Positions 48,960-54,967 of a stretch of DNA of 64,000 nt are shown one piece after another (the first letter of the stretch is position 1; each line of letters starts with the position of its first letter). The position numbers and the translations under genes were made by a program. This stretch comes from Octopus sinensis (taxonomy: Eukaryota). The DNA lies in NCBI RefSeq assembly GCF_006345805.1, contig NC_043025.1, positions 11,408,001 to 11,472,000 of the forward strand. The letters are read 5' to 3'. The notes beneath the pieces were generated by a model that ran no database searches, was not told the DNA's origin, and saw only the letters and a list, made by a program, of their open reading frames with translations.

Positions 48960-51385
48960 ATGTGTATGTGTGTTCAGCCATTCTGATTCATTGTTCCGTT
49001 AGAATTGCATGCAAGGGCCTTATTCTTGCTGCTTAGAGAATGGTTCCTTTGTCGGTGTCTCAATTTGTGATTCTCAGGATCCTTCTGATACACCGCTGAT
49101 GAAATACATTGAGTTGGTGAGTGATTTTTGCTGTCATCTTCCAAATTTCAGCTGCATAGAAGCAGCATGATTATTTTGTACAGCTCTGGACATGACGTAG
49201 TACCTTCAAAGAAGACCAACACAGACTGACCACCACTTGGGAAGAAGCATACTAGTTGGCCAGAGATAGAGATAATTGGTGACCACTGACTACCTGATGT
49301 GCCATTTAAAGGCACCAATGGACCTAAAAAGAATATATATCTATGTTCTTTGTTGTCCCATGTTGTCTAGTGGTTAGGATTCCTGGCTTTCACCCAGGCG
49401 GCCTGGGTTCGATTCCCGGCATGGGAACGTCTTTCTTTGCCAGCCTCGCCTGGCACCAGTGCAGGTGGCACGTAAAAAGCACCCACTACACTCACAGAGG
49501 GGTTGGCGTTAGGAAGGGCATCCAGCTGTAGAAACATTGCCAGATAAGACCGGAGCCTGGTGCAGCCTTCTGGCTTCCCAGATCCCCGGTCGAACCGTCC
49601 AACCCATGCTAGCATGGAGAACGGACGTTAAACGATGATGATGATGATGATGATGATGTTTGTATTACCCAACTGTTTTACTGAATATTACTCTCTTTCC
49701 CCAGCAGCAAGGAGGTGTCCCAGGACCGAATGATGGAAACAGAGTGCAAGCGAGGTGAAGCTCGATATAACATCAAGCACCAATGGATCAATTCTTTGAC
49801 ACCAGATTCTTCAAACAGACATTGGTACATGTTGTTGTTGTTGTTGCAATTGTTGGGATCTTTTCGGTTTGACCGGCAGTTTTTTTCTAGCGGTGTCATA
49901 TGAAATTGTCACCCATAATTATGACCCTAGTATCAATCTATTGCATTTCAATCTGTTTTAGGGTTGGTTAGGGGTGGGGAGAAGGGTATCTTTTTTTTCT
50001 TCACAAATGTAAATAAACCCAATCTGTTTCTTAAACGTGGGACATATTCATATGGCACAGAATGTTTTTTTTACCTCAATAGACATCATTGATTGGTTGA
50101 AATTGCAGAAATTGAAGAAAAAAAAAACAACAAATATCTCACAAACCATAGAATTTTCTCAATAAAGCCAAGAGAAAAAGATGTTTTATAAACACATTCT
50201 ACCAGAATACGAAGTTTAAAAGTGTTTAATTACCTAGAAATTATGTTAAAAACTGCCGTTCAAACCGAACAGATCCAAAGTAAAAACTAACTTCAATCCA
50301 TGTGTGCATACACGCATAATAAACATGATTATATATTCTGTGTACACCAATAGATCATAAGGTAATCTTTTTATTGTCCTTTTGGGCACCCTGATGACTT
50401 TCCACCCAAGGTATTTTAAAATGCAAGATTATATATTTATGTTTTGAATTTTTAATTTTGGTTCATCATCATCATCATTTAACGTCCATTTTCCATGCTA
50501 GCATGGATTGGACGGTTCGACCAGGATCTGGGAAGCCAGAAGGCTGCACCAGGCCCCAGTCTGATCTGGCAGTGTTTCTACAGCTGGATGCCCTTCCTAA
50601 CACCAACCACTCCATGAGTGTAGTGGGTGCTTTTTATGTGCAACCGGCACAGAAGCCAGTCAAGGCGGCGCTGGCATCGGCCACGTTCGGATGGTTTTTT
50701 TTTATGTAGGTGAATATACTCTTTTATTTGTTTGTCATTTGACTGCGGCCATGCTGGAGCACCGCCTTTTTTAATCGAGCAACTCAACCCCGGGACTTAT
50801 TCTTTTGTAAGCCCAGTACTTATTCTATCGGTCTCTTTTGCCGAACCGCTAGGTAATGGGGACATAAACACACCAGCATCGGTTGTCATGCAATGCTAGG
50901 GGGACAATCACAGACACACAAACGCATATATATACTTATATACGACGGGCTTCTTTCAGTTTCCGTCTACCAAATCCACTCATGAGGCTATAGTAGAAGA
51001 CACTTGCCCAAGGTGCCACGCAGTGGGACTGAACCCAGAACCATGTGGTTGGTAAACAAGCTACTTACCACACAGCCACTCCTACGCCTATATACATGTT
51101 AATTAATTAATTTGGGTCCATTATATATCTCCGTTTTCATACTTAATAATATTTGATATTTTTGATATTTTAAATAATACATTCATTGAAGAAATATCTT
51201 TTCAAAATACAATATATTCAACCAGTATACCTTGGATAAAAAATCCCTATAAGAGAGTTAAATACCCTTGTAGTGCCTATATATTTATATGAATGCATGT
51301 GTCTACATTTCTTTTCTATTTTGTTAGGTCACATCCAGAAGAGAACCAGAAAGCTCTGTATAGCATATTTGATGGAATCTTTTAG
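210..51385 (+). CDS. HFM1: HFM1/MER3 meiotic DNA helicase, 3' part, 23 exons: join(210..355,1543..1590,3475..3521,4268..4401,5400..5447,7070..7153,9074..9165,12846..12952,14246..14293,14814..14911,21004..21132,24255..24340,24939..25028,26784..26947,28451..28554,30273..30334,32078..32156,35524..35837,38074..38296,41251..41305,45619..46359,49705..49824,51328..51385)
   Basis: All introns GT-AG, phases chain without frameshift (3077 nt = 2 + 1025 codons incl. stop). Contains SF2 helicase motifs V/VI ([27 protein letters not shown]), winged-helix ([13 protein letters not shown]), Sec63 region, C/H zinc finger ([16 protein letters not shown]) and C-terminal SIFDGIF*, matching my recollection of vertebrate HFM1 rather than ASCC3/Brr2. 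Confidence 0.93.
1543..1590 (+). CDS. HFM1: HFM1 exon 2: [16 protein letters not shown]
   Basis: ttttactttcag / gtaagc; continues GRPQ-FD. Confidence 0.93.
3475..3521 (+). CDS. HFM1: HFM1 exon 3: [15 protein letters not shown](S)
   Basis: tttgtttccag / gtcagt; phase 0 to 2. Confidence 0.9.
3830..4263 (+). repeat. (CTA)n/(CCA)n compound microsatellite
   Basis: Direct reading; abuts the exon 4 acceptor. Confidence 0.9.
4268..4401 (+). CDS. HFM1: HFM1 exon 4: [44 protein letters not shown]
   Basis: actgcag / gtgagt; conserved winged-helix segment. Confidence 0.95.
5400..5447 (+). CDS. HFM1: HFM1 exon 5: [16 protein letters not shown]
   Basis: (tta)n-cag / gtaaga; phase 1 to 1. Confidence 0.87.
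7070..7153 (+). CDS. HFM1: HFM1 exon 6: [28 protein letters not shown]
   Basis: gtttttcag / gtaagc. Confidence 0.92.
8188..8967 (+). mobile_element. SINE family 4: one head plus four tandem 184-bp bodies
   Basis: Body starts at 8232, 8416, 8600, 8784. Core GGTCGACTTTGCCTTTCATCCTTTCG.GGTCGATAAATTAAGTACCAG recalls the Meta/Sauria-type SINE central domain (from memory). Single copies ~1..150(+), 9225..9400(-), 19190..19350(+), 23856..24068(+), 38327..38535(+), 45285..45425(-), 58440..58615(-), 62280..62450(-). Confidence 0.85.
9074..9165 (+). CDS. HFM1: HFM1 exon 7: [31 protein letters not shown]
   Basis: ttctttcag / gtaaaa; GRLMA start of Sec63 region. Confidence 0.93.
10150..11377 (+). mobile_element. 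RTE-clade LINE 3' end (family A): RT C-terminus, modular 3' UTR, (GAT)n tail
   Basis: ...[17 protein letters not shown]...[12 protein letters not shown]...[10 protein letters not shown] (stop 10615..10617). Shorter 3' copies at ~1700..2040(-), 2445..2885(-), 7215..7584(+), 7584..7960(-), 9415..9600(-), 9615..10110(-), 11378..11630(-), 19390..19745(+), 40170..40320(-), 44592..45215(-), 49439..49657(+), 50462..50700(-), 55015..55160(-), 55342..55710(-). Confidence 0.88.
11716..12563 (+). mobile_element. Unclassified interspersed repeat with 3x ~137-bp 3' duplication and (AAT)n ends
   Basis: Units at ~12148, 12286, 12423; 5' parts recur reversed at ~23205..23310 and 24070..24182. Confidence 0.6.
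12846..12952 (+). CDS. HFM1: HFM1 exon 8: [36 protein letters not shown]
   Basis: tttttccag / gtaaat; EF.DIQ.R.NEKK.LN motif. Confidence 0.93.
14246..14293 (+). CDS. HFM1: HFM1 exon 9: [16 protein letters not shown]
   Basis: ttcttacag / gtaatc. Confidence 0.92.
14814..14911 (+). CDS. HFM1: HFM1 exon 10: [32 protein letters not shown]
   Basis: ttcttctag / gtaagt. Confidence 0.94.
15400..15662 (+). mobile_element. RTE-like LINE ORF2 C-terminal fragment (another family)
   Basis: [10 protein letters not shown]...LLLWKP...[10 protein letters not shown]...AMMDPEVWR, short (TGA)n tail. Confidence 0.7.
16237..17715 (+). mobile_element. Tandem array of six mariner-derived MITEs (~236-bp period) plus one partial
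   Basis: Unit starts 16331, 16569, 16805, 17041, 17277, 17502; TIR-like GAG.GGGTGCT.A.AAGTTCCT / A.GAAC.TT..GCACCCCC; internal [22 protein letters not shown] resembles a mariner transposase C-terminus. Confidence 0.8.
18239..18323 (-). ncRNA. Degenerate hammerhead ribozyme (same element family as 25340..25750)
   Basis: CTGAAGA, 11-bp stem II GAAAGCCGCAA/TTGCGGCCTTC, GAAAC ATGT GT; appears to lack 2 nt at the cleavage site. Confidence 0.6.
19760..20152 (+). mobile_element. Helentron/DINE-1-like non-autonomous element, family A
   Basis: 5' ACTAGCAGTATCGCCCGGC..TGCTCGGG subterminal IR, 3' CAGACA microsatellite and TTTATATATAAAGAT; copies 18438..18834(-) and 41737..42379(+). Class is inferred from architecture. 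Confidence 0.6.
20220..21001 (+). repeat. Polypyrimidine tract with 15-mer CCCTCTCTTCTCCAT array
   Basis: Direct reading; abuts the exon 11 acceptor. Confidence 0.9.
21004..21132 (+). CDS. HFM1: HFM1 exon 11: [43 protein letters not shown]
   Basis: ttcttccctag / gtatgt; KCF..R.WENS motif. Confidence 0.94.
   Translation, partial: VFKRSCGSRIAINPSSTPSTSTSALKPASGRTQNMLPSNWKE
21225..21608 (-). mobile_element. tRNA-derived SINE family 3 (GGAGGCGCAATGGCCCAGTGGTTAGGGCAGC head)
   Basis: Copies ~5200..5285(+, head), 5632..6022(-), 29165..29750(-, 5' part duplicated), 37110..37390(-), 40650..40940(-), 47270..47410(-). Confidence 0.85.
22533..22955 (+). mobile_element. hAT-type MITE (423 bp) with 8-bp TSD
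   Basis: TIR GGATCTTTTCGGTTTGAACGGCAGTTTTT; TSD AAGAAAAG at 22525..22532 and 22956..22963. Other copies 49856..50276 (no TSD seen), 36535..36768(-, half), split copy 30430..31086. Confidence 0.85.
24255..24340 (+). CDS. HFM1: HFM1 exon 12: [29 protein letters not shown]
   Basis: ctctctgatag / gtaagt. Confidence 0.94.
24822..24921. repeat. 100-bp near-perfect palindrome with no loop
   Basis: 29-bp and 14-bp perfect arms with ~3 mismatches between; centre TTTCA|TGAAA at 24871/24872. Confidence 0.9.
24939..25028 (+). CDS. HFM1: HFM1 exon 13: [30 protein letters not shown]
   Basis: tatttcag / gtaata; NRHPPFG motif. An in-frame weaker donor (gtccag) after 25022 is possible. Confidence 0.9.
25340..25750 (+). 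mobile_element. Hammerhead-bearing, (TA)n-flanked non-autonomous element (Penelope-like solo pLTR or retrozyme-like)
   Basis: Shares TAACCGATACCTGGGTAGCA and TCGTTCAACTCCATT blocks with the - copy at ~18185..18430; related pieces at ~998..1270, 18848..18910, 24822..24921, 25770..26065, 40360..40590, 57745..57872; no RT ORF seen. Confidence 0.55.
25621..25705 (+). ncRNA. Type I minimal hammerhead ribozyme
   Basis: ATTTTC-CTGATGA(25627..33)-stem II-GAAA(25688..91)-C ATAT-GTC(25697..99)-GAGAAT; stem I 6 bp with one G.U; palindromic stem III ACATATGT. Confidence 0.8.
26784..26947 (+). CDS. HFM1: HFM1 exon 14: [54 protein letters not shown](M)
   Basis: tttactttcag / gtgggt; LI.(G/A)DADN-like Ig-fold segment. 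Confidence 0.87.
27372..27712 (+). mobile_element. tRNA-derived SINE family 2 (GAAGGCGCATGGCTCAGTGGTTAGAGC head)
   Basis: A/B boxes; copies ~34135..34250, 34268..34605, tandem pair 46422..47035, fragment 31540..31612(-). Confidence 0.85.
28451..28554 (+). CDS. HFM1: HFM1 exon 15: [34 protein letters not shown]
   Basis: ttgtgtag / gtgagt; phase 2 to 1. Confidence 0.87.
28626..29160 (+). repeat. ~130-bp tandem repeat (3 plus partial) of a dispersed family
   Basis: TAGTGTATCTAGGACTACATTATCTAATGTGTCC unit at 28626, 28755, 28885; relatives ~24365..24620, 31085..31185, 59535..59790. Confidence 0.75.
30273..30334 (+). CDS. HFM1: HFM1 exon 16: [21 protein letters not shown]
   Basis: ttcttgttccag / gttagt; VG.D motif ending Sec63 region. 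Confidence 0.86.
31258..31974. repeat. Inverted repeat, 280-bp arms (31258..31537 / 31695..31974), 157-bp spacer
   Basis: ORF track gives identical translations on opposite strands; arm ends checked by eye with no mismatch. Confidence 0.92.
32078..32156 (+). CDS. HFM1: HFM1 exon 17: [26 protein letters not shown]
   Basis: ttgtcttcacacag / gtaaga; only phase 0 to 1 candidate I found linking exons 16 and 18; no recognisable homology. Confidence 0.7.
32482..34010 (+). mobile_element. CR1/L2-type LINE 3' end amplified into a 123/124-bp array, then 3' UTR and (TTA)n tail
   Basis: Unit encodes [33 protein letters not shown] (WN.LP..VV...FK motif); 11 full units 32482..33840. Confidence 0.8.
34870..35128 (+). 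mobile_element. CR1-type LINE 3' end (second family)
   Basis: [35 protein letters not shown]..-like ORF tail plus 3' UTR CCCCCTACATGGCCTTGCTTTTGC; copies at ~14945..15185(-), 30503..30640(+), 36148..36370(+). Confidence 0.78.
35524..35837 (+). CDS. HFM1: HFM1 exon 18: zinc finger [19 protein letters not shown], Gly/Gln-rich linker, ...[21 protein letters not shown]
   Basis: ttatttcag / gtaagg; MER3-type C/H finger and P.KRLK motif. Confidence 0.9.
37495..37912 (+). mobile_element. tRNA-derived SINE family 1 (~410 bp, internal (TA)/(TG)n, (GTAAAAGA)n tail)
   Basis: A box TGGCTGTGTGGTAAG, B box GGTTCAGTCCC. Other copies ~580..715(-), 2926..3317(-), 4790..5175(+), 6275..6690(-), 13015..13418(-), 13712..14090(+), 15823..16232(+), 21925..22320(-), 23315..23857(-), 24640..24775(-), 26130..26555(-), 27003..27360(+), 27945..28388(-), 29788..30178(-), 48512..48925(-), 50715..51090(-). 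Possibly one of the octopus OK/OR1/OR2 SINEs; name not verified. Confidence 0.88.
38074..38296 (+). CDS. HFM1: HFM1 exon 19: [23 protein letters not shown]...[10 protein letters not shown]
   Basis: ttattcag / gtaagt; L..F.F..K..LP motif; open frame, phase 0 to 1. Confidence 0.82.
38700..40040 (-). mobile_element. RTE-clade LINE 3' end (family B) with internal 103-bp tandem amplification
   Basis: [56 protein letters not shown]...; TAAGAAGAAGAAG tail at ~38704. Confidence 0.8.
41251..41305 (+). CDS. HFM1: HFM1 exon 20: [19 protein letters not shown]
   Basis: long T-rich tract-gcag / gtgagt; phase 1 to 2 fits. Confidence 0.75.
42447..42790 (-). mobile_element. Mariner transposase N-terminal relic
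   Basis: [20 protein letters not shown]...SLEDEP...[11 protein letters not shown]...[10 protein letters not shown](L)PHEL; frameshifted. Confidence 0.85.
43735..44407 (+). mobile_element. Helentron/DINE-1-like element, family B, with 3x ~153-bp terminal repeat
   Basis: 5' hairpin CTAGCACTATGACC...GGTCATAGTGCTAG; repeats start 43953, 44107, 44259; second copy 41388..41736. Confidence 0.58.
45619..46359 (+). CDS. HFM1: HFM1 exon 21: large low-complexity, Gln-rich exon ([11 protein letters not shown]...QDLCDIY)
   Basis: 741-nt open frame, acacag(cag) acceptor, gtaggt donor, phase 2 to 2. Confidence 0.78.
48975..49185 (-). mobile_element. Old RTE ORF2 fragment
   Basis: [31 protein letters not shown] with stops. 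Confidence 0.6.
49356..49427 (+). tRNA. tRNA-Glu(TTC), intronic in HFM1; gene or recent retro-chimera
   Basis: 72-nt cloverleaf: acceptor TCCCATG/CATGGGA + discriminator A; anticodon arm CCTGG-CTTTCAC-CCAGG; T arm CTGGG-TTCGATT-CCCGG; A and B boxes present. U at position 9 where G is usual; no T4 terminator (TTTCTTT). Confidence 0.85.
49705..49824 (+). CDS. HFM1: HFM1 exon 22: [39 protein letters not shown](W)
   Basis: ttccccag(cag) acceptor, weak gtacat donor; phase 2 to 2. Confidence 0.62.
51328..51385 (+). CDS. HFM1: HFM1 terminal exon: [18 protein letters not shown]
   Basis: ttttgttag acceptor; TAG at 51383..51385; ends FDGIF as I recall vertebrate HFM1 does. Confidence 0.87.
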
Positions 51386-51704
51386 AGATCTTCCCAATAG
51401 CAACTGTTGTTCTGCAGGGTTGACTAGGTTTGTATTTATATAAACTGTGCAGAAAAATATCTTCCTGACTTCTGTCAATTCTTTGCATCAATCCATCAAT
51501 TACTTTGTATTTGATCTTCTAGTACTACTGCTACCACAACCACTACTACTACTACTACTACTACACAGCCACCCCTGCGCCTTTACGATTAAACTTTACA
51601 TATGTGCTGTTTTCATATTTTCCAGTGGTGTTCTCTATCATTTTAGCTTCATCCCACATTAGCACTTCGTCCAGTTTGCTAACCATTCTGCTAGCTCACA
51701 GCCT

Positions 51705-52437
51705 TTAACCCTTTCATTACTGTATTTATTTTGAGATTCTCTGTTTTTCTTTCAGTTATTTTTGATATAGCAAAGAATTTAGTAAAATAACTTAGTTATC
51801 ATTCAGCTAGTGTTAGGAACATAAATTGTGACTAAGGTTTGGTGGAAGATTTTAATTCAAAACTTATGAAAACAAGACATTTGTACTCAGAGCCAGTTTC
51901 AGCCAGGTTGGTATCAAAAGGGTTAAGAATTGATTCTCTATTATATATCTTAACCCTTTTGTTACCATATTTCTTCTGTTGAGATGCTCTGTGTTTCTTT
52001 CAATTAATTTTAAATATAACAAAGAATTTAGTAAAATAACTTAGTTATCGTTAAGCTAGTGTTAGGAACATAAATTGTGACTAAGGTTTGATGGAAGATT
52101 CTAATTCAAAACTTATGAAAACAAGACATTTGTACTACAGAGCCAGAGGTGGTTTCAACCAGGTTGGTATCAAAAGGGTTAAGAATTGATTCTCTATTAT
52201 ATATCTTAACCCTTTTGTTACCATATTTCTTCTGTTGAGATGCTCTGTGTTTCTTTCAATTAATTTTAAATATAACAAAGAATTTAGTAAAATAACTTCG
52301 TTATCGTTAAGCTAGTGTTAGGAACATAAATTGTGACTAAGGTTTGGTGGAAGACTTTAATTCAGAACTTATGAAAACAAGACATTTGTACTCAGAGCCA
52401 AAAGTGGTTTCAACCAGGTTGGTATCAAAAGGGTCAA
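51705..52437 (+). mobile_element. Three tandem piggyBac-like MITEs
   Basis: TTAA-CCCTTTTG.TACC...GGTATCAAAAGGG-TTAA; starts 51705, 51950, 52206; shared 23-bp spacer. Confidence 0.78.
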
Positions 52438-53239
52438 TAATAGTATTAATAAGAACAACAACAACATAAAGAACAGGAAAATATTTATTGACCAAAATAA
52501 TAATAAAAAACAATACAGGTTCTTCAAGAGTTCTATATTTTGCATAGATCCCTTGTCATTTATTTTTTTTAACCCAGGGGCTCATTCCCCCAATCTGATC
52601 TCTCCAACAACAATAACAATAACACCTAGTGGCTTAGGAGTGCTGACTAAGGGTAGTGCCAAAACATTCATCTTACCCAGGGGGGGCTCACCTCTCCTCC
52701 TCTCCAATACCAACGCCCTGTGGCTTTGGAGAACTGACTCAGTCTGAACAGTGCCTCACCCCCACCCACCCCAAGTATGGGAGAGCTAAAACACTGTCTT
52801 ACATTCATCGTACCCAGGGGCTCACCTCTCACTCTCTCCAGGGGCAACACACTGTGGTTTCAAGGAAAGCTAACATATCGTCTTCAGAAATCTTTTGCAT
52901 TTTTCCTTAAAAACTATACGTACGAATGTATATATGAATGTGTGTATATATATGTTCTCTTTCTAATTGCTTAAGTTCTTCCTTTGAAGAAGGAGCCTGG
53001 CTTCTAGCAAAAAATACAAAACTCTATCATTGGAATGTAGATAACTCGAGAAAAGTCTTGCATATTTTTACTGTTCCTCTTACAAATTGTATTTGTAATG
53101 TGTGAGCTAGTTGGTTAATTTCTGTGTGTGTGTATAAACTTAGGACTTTCATCATATATATATATATATATATGTATATATGACACATATTCAATGTATG
53201 TGTTCTGCTTGTTTGCCAATTCGCTGTCTGCAACACTAG

Positions 53240-53969
53240 TGCTGCTTTGAATTCATAATTGAATGTTTTTATATAGATAATATACATGTGTGTGTGTATA
53301 TATATATATAGTCTATATATACACACACACACACATAAATATAAATAATATACATGTGTGTGTATATAATGTATGTTTATATATATATAAAATTCTTAAT
53401 GAATTAATTTGGATGTGAGAGTGTGTGTATATATACACAAACATACATATAAAATATAGATAATATACATGTGTGTGTATATAATGTATGTTTATATATA
53501 TATATAAATTCTTAATGAATTAATTTGAATGTGTGTGTGTACACACATAAAATATAGATAATATACATGTGTGTGTGTATATAATGTTTATATATATAAA
53601 ATTCTTAATGAATTAATTTGAATGTATGCGTGTGTGGTGTATATATATATATAGTCTATATATACACACACACACACATAAATATAAATAATATACATGT
53701 GTGTGTATATAATGTATGTTTATATATATATAAAATTCTTAATGAATTAATTTGGATGTGAGAGTGTGTGTATATATACACAAACATACATATAAAATAT
53801 AGATAATATACATGTGTGTGTATATAATGTATGTTTATATATATATATAAAATTCTTAATGAATTAATTTGAATGTGTGTGTGTACACACATAAAATATA
53901 GATAATATACGTGTGTGTATATAATGTTTATATATATAAAATTCTTAATGAATTAATTTGAATGTATGC

Positions 53970-54026
<57 letters not shown>

Positions 54027-54240
54027 CACATACATATAAAATATAGATAATATACCTATGTGTGTGTGTATATAATGTGTATGTTTATATATATAAAATT
54101 CTTAATGAATGTATGTGAGTGTGTGTATATATATACACACATATAAAATATAGATGATATGTGTGTGTGTGTATATATAATTCTTAATGAATTCATTCGA
54201 ATGTGAGTGTGTATATGTATAATGCGTGTATGTTTATATT
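53240..54240. repeat. AT-rich compound minisatellite, ~343-bp trimeric higher-order period
   Basis: AAATTCTTAATGAATT at ~53390, 53507, 53599, 53733, 53852, 53939, 54096, 54180. Confidence 0.7.
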
Positions 54241-54766
54241 TGCATAACAAACAATATTTTTGTATATTATACAAAATTATTAAATAATATTTGCATTTAG
54301 CTTTCCTTTTAATCTCATTTGTTGGGTTATACAAAAAAAAAAGCATATAACAGCCCCCTCCATTTGCAGGTATCCCCTAGAAAACTAGGAGGAATATCCT
54401 TTCACTGTGTGTCTGTCTGTCTGTCTGTCTCTCTCAGCCGCCCATCTGTAACACATTCACCACCCACAAAATGGCACAGACCCCTAGACAGCCCCAGGAG
54501 TTAAAAACCATCCCTGAAAAAGAAAAAAAATAAAGGCCTCCCTCCAACATCAACAACAACAGCAAAAGCCGACACATGTTTAAAATCTGTAAAGATTTAC
54601 TTTTACAACAACGTTCAAAGTAGGATGGAGTCCGATGATTGTCTATTACTAAGGCTACTGCTACGATTATTATCATTATTATTATTACTACTACTACTAC
54701 AGTACTGGACCCCTTATCTGGCTCCCAGAAATCCGGGATCACTCTGCAATATACACTGTATTAAGT

Positions 54767-54967
54767 CAGTGCTTTTCAAACTTTTTGCTGGAGTGGAACC
54801 CCAAGGAAACATTCCACTGGCTCGAGGAACCCCTGTGCAATAATTTAATAATCTTATGCACACATATCTGCACAGGAGAATTAAAAATTACGGCCGATTT
54901 TAGTAGTTTTGTAACTTCTTGCGGAACCCCTGGACTGTACTGGCGGAACCCTGGTTGAAAACCACTG
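54767..54967 (+). mobile_element. hAT (Charlie/Ac-like) MITE, 201 bp
   Basis: CAGTGCTTTTCAA...TTGAAAACCACTG ends; TSD TATTAAGT at 54759..54766 and 54968..54975. Confidence 0.87.

Noticed and set aside
49090-49110. CTGATGA as another hammerhead core
   Set aside because: No stem II, GAAA or GUH follows; lies in antisense RTE coding relic
580-51090. Antisense bias of SINE family 1 in HFM1 (about 12 - versus 5 +)
   Set aside because: Too few copies to distinguish from chance
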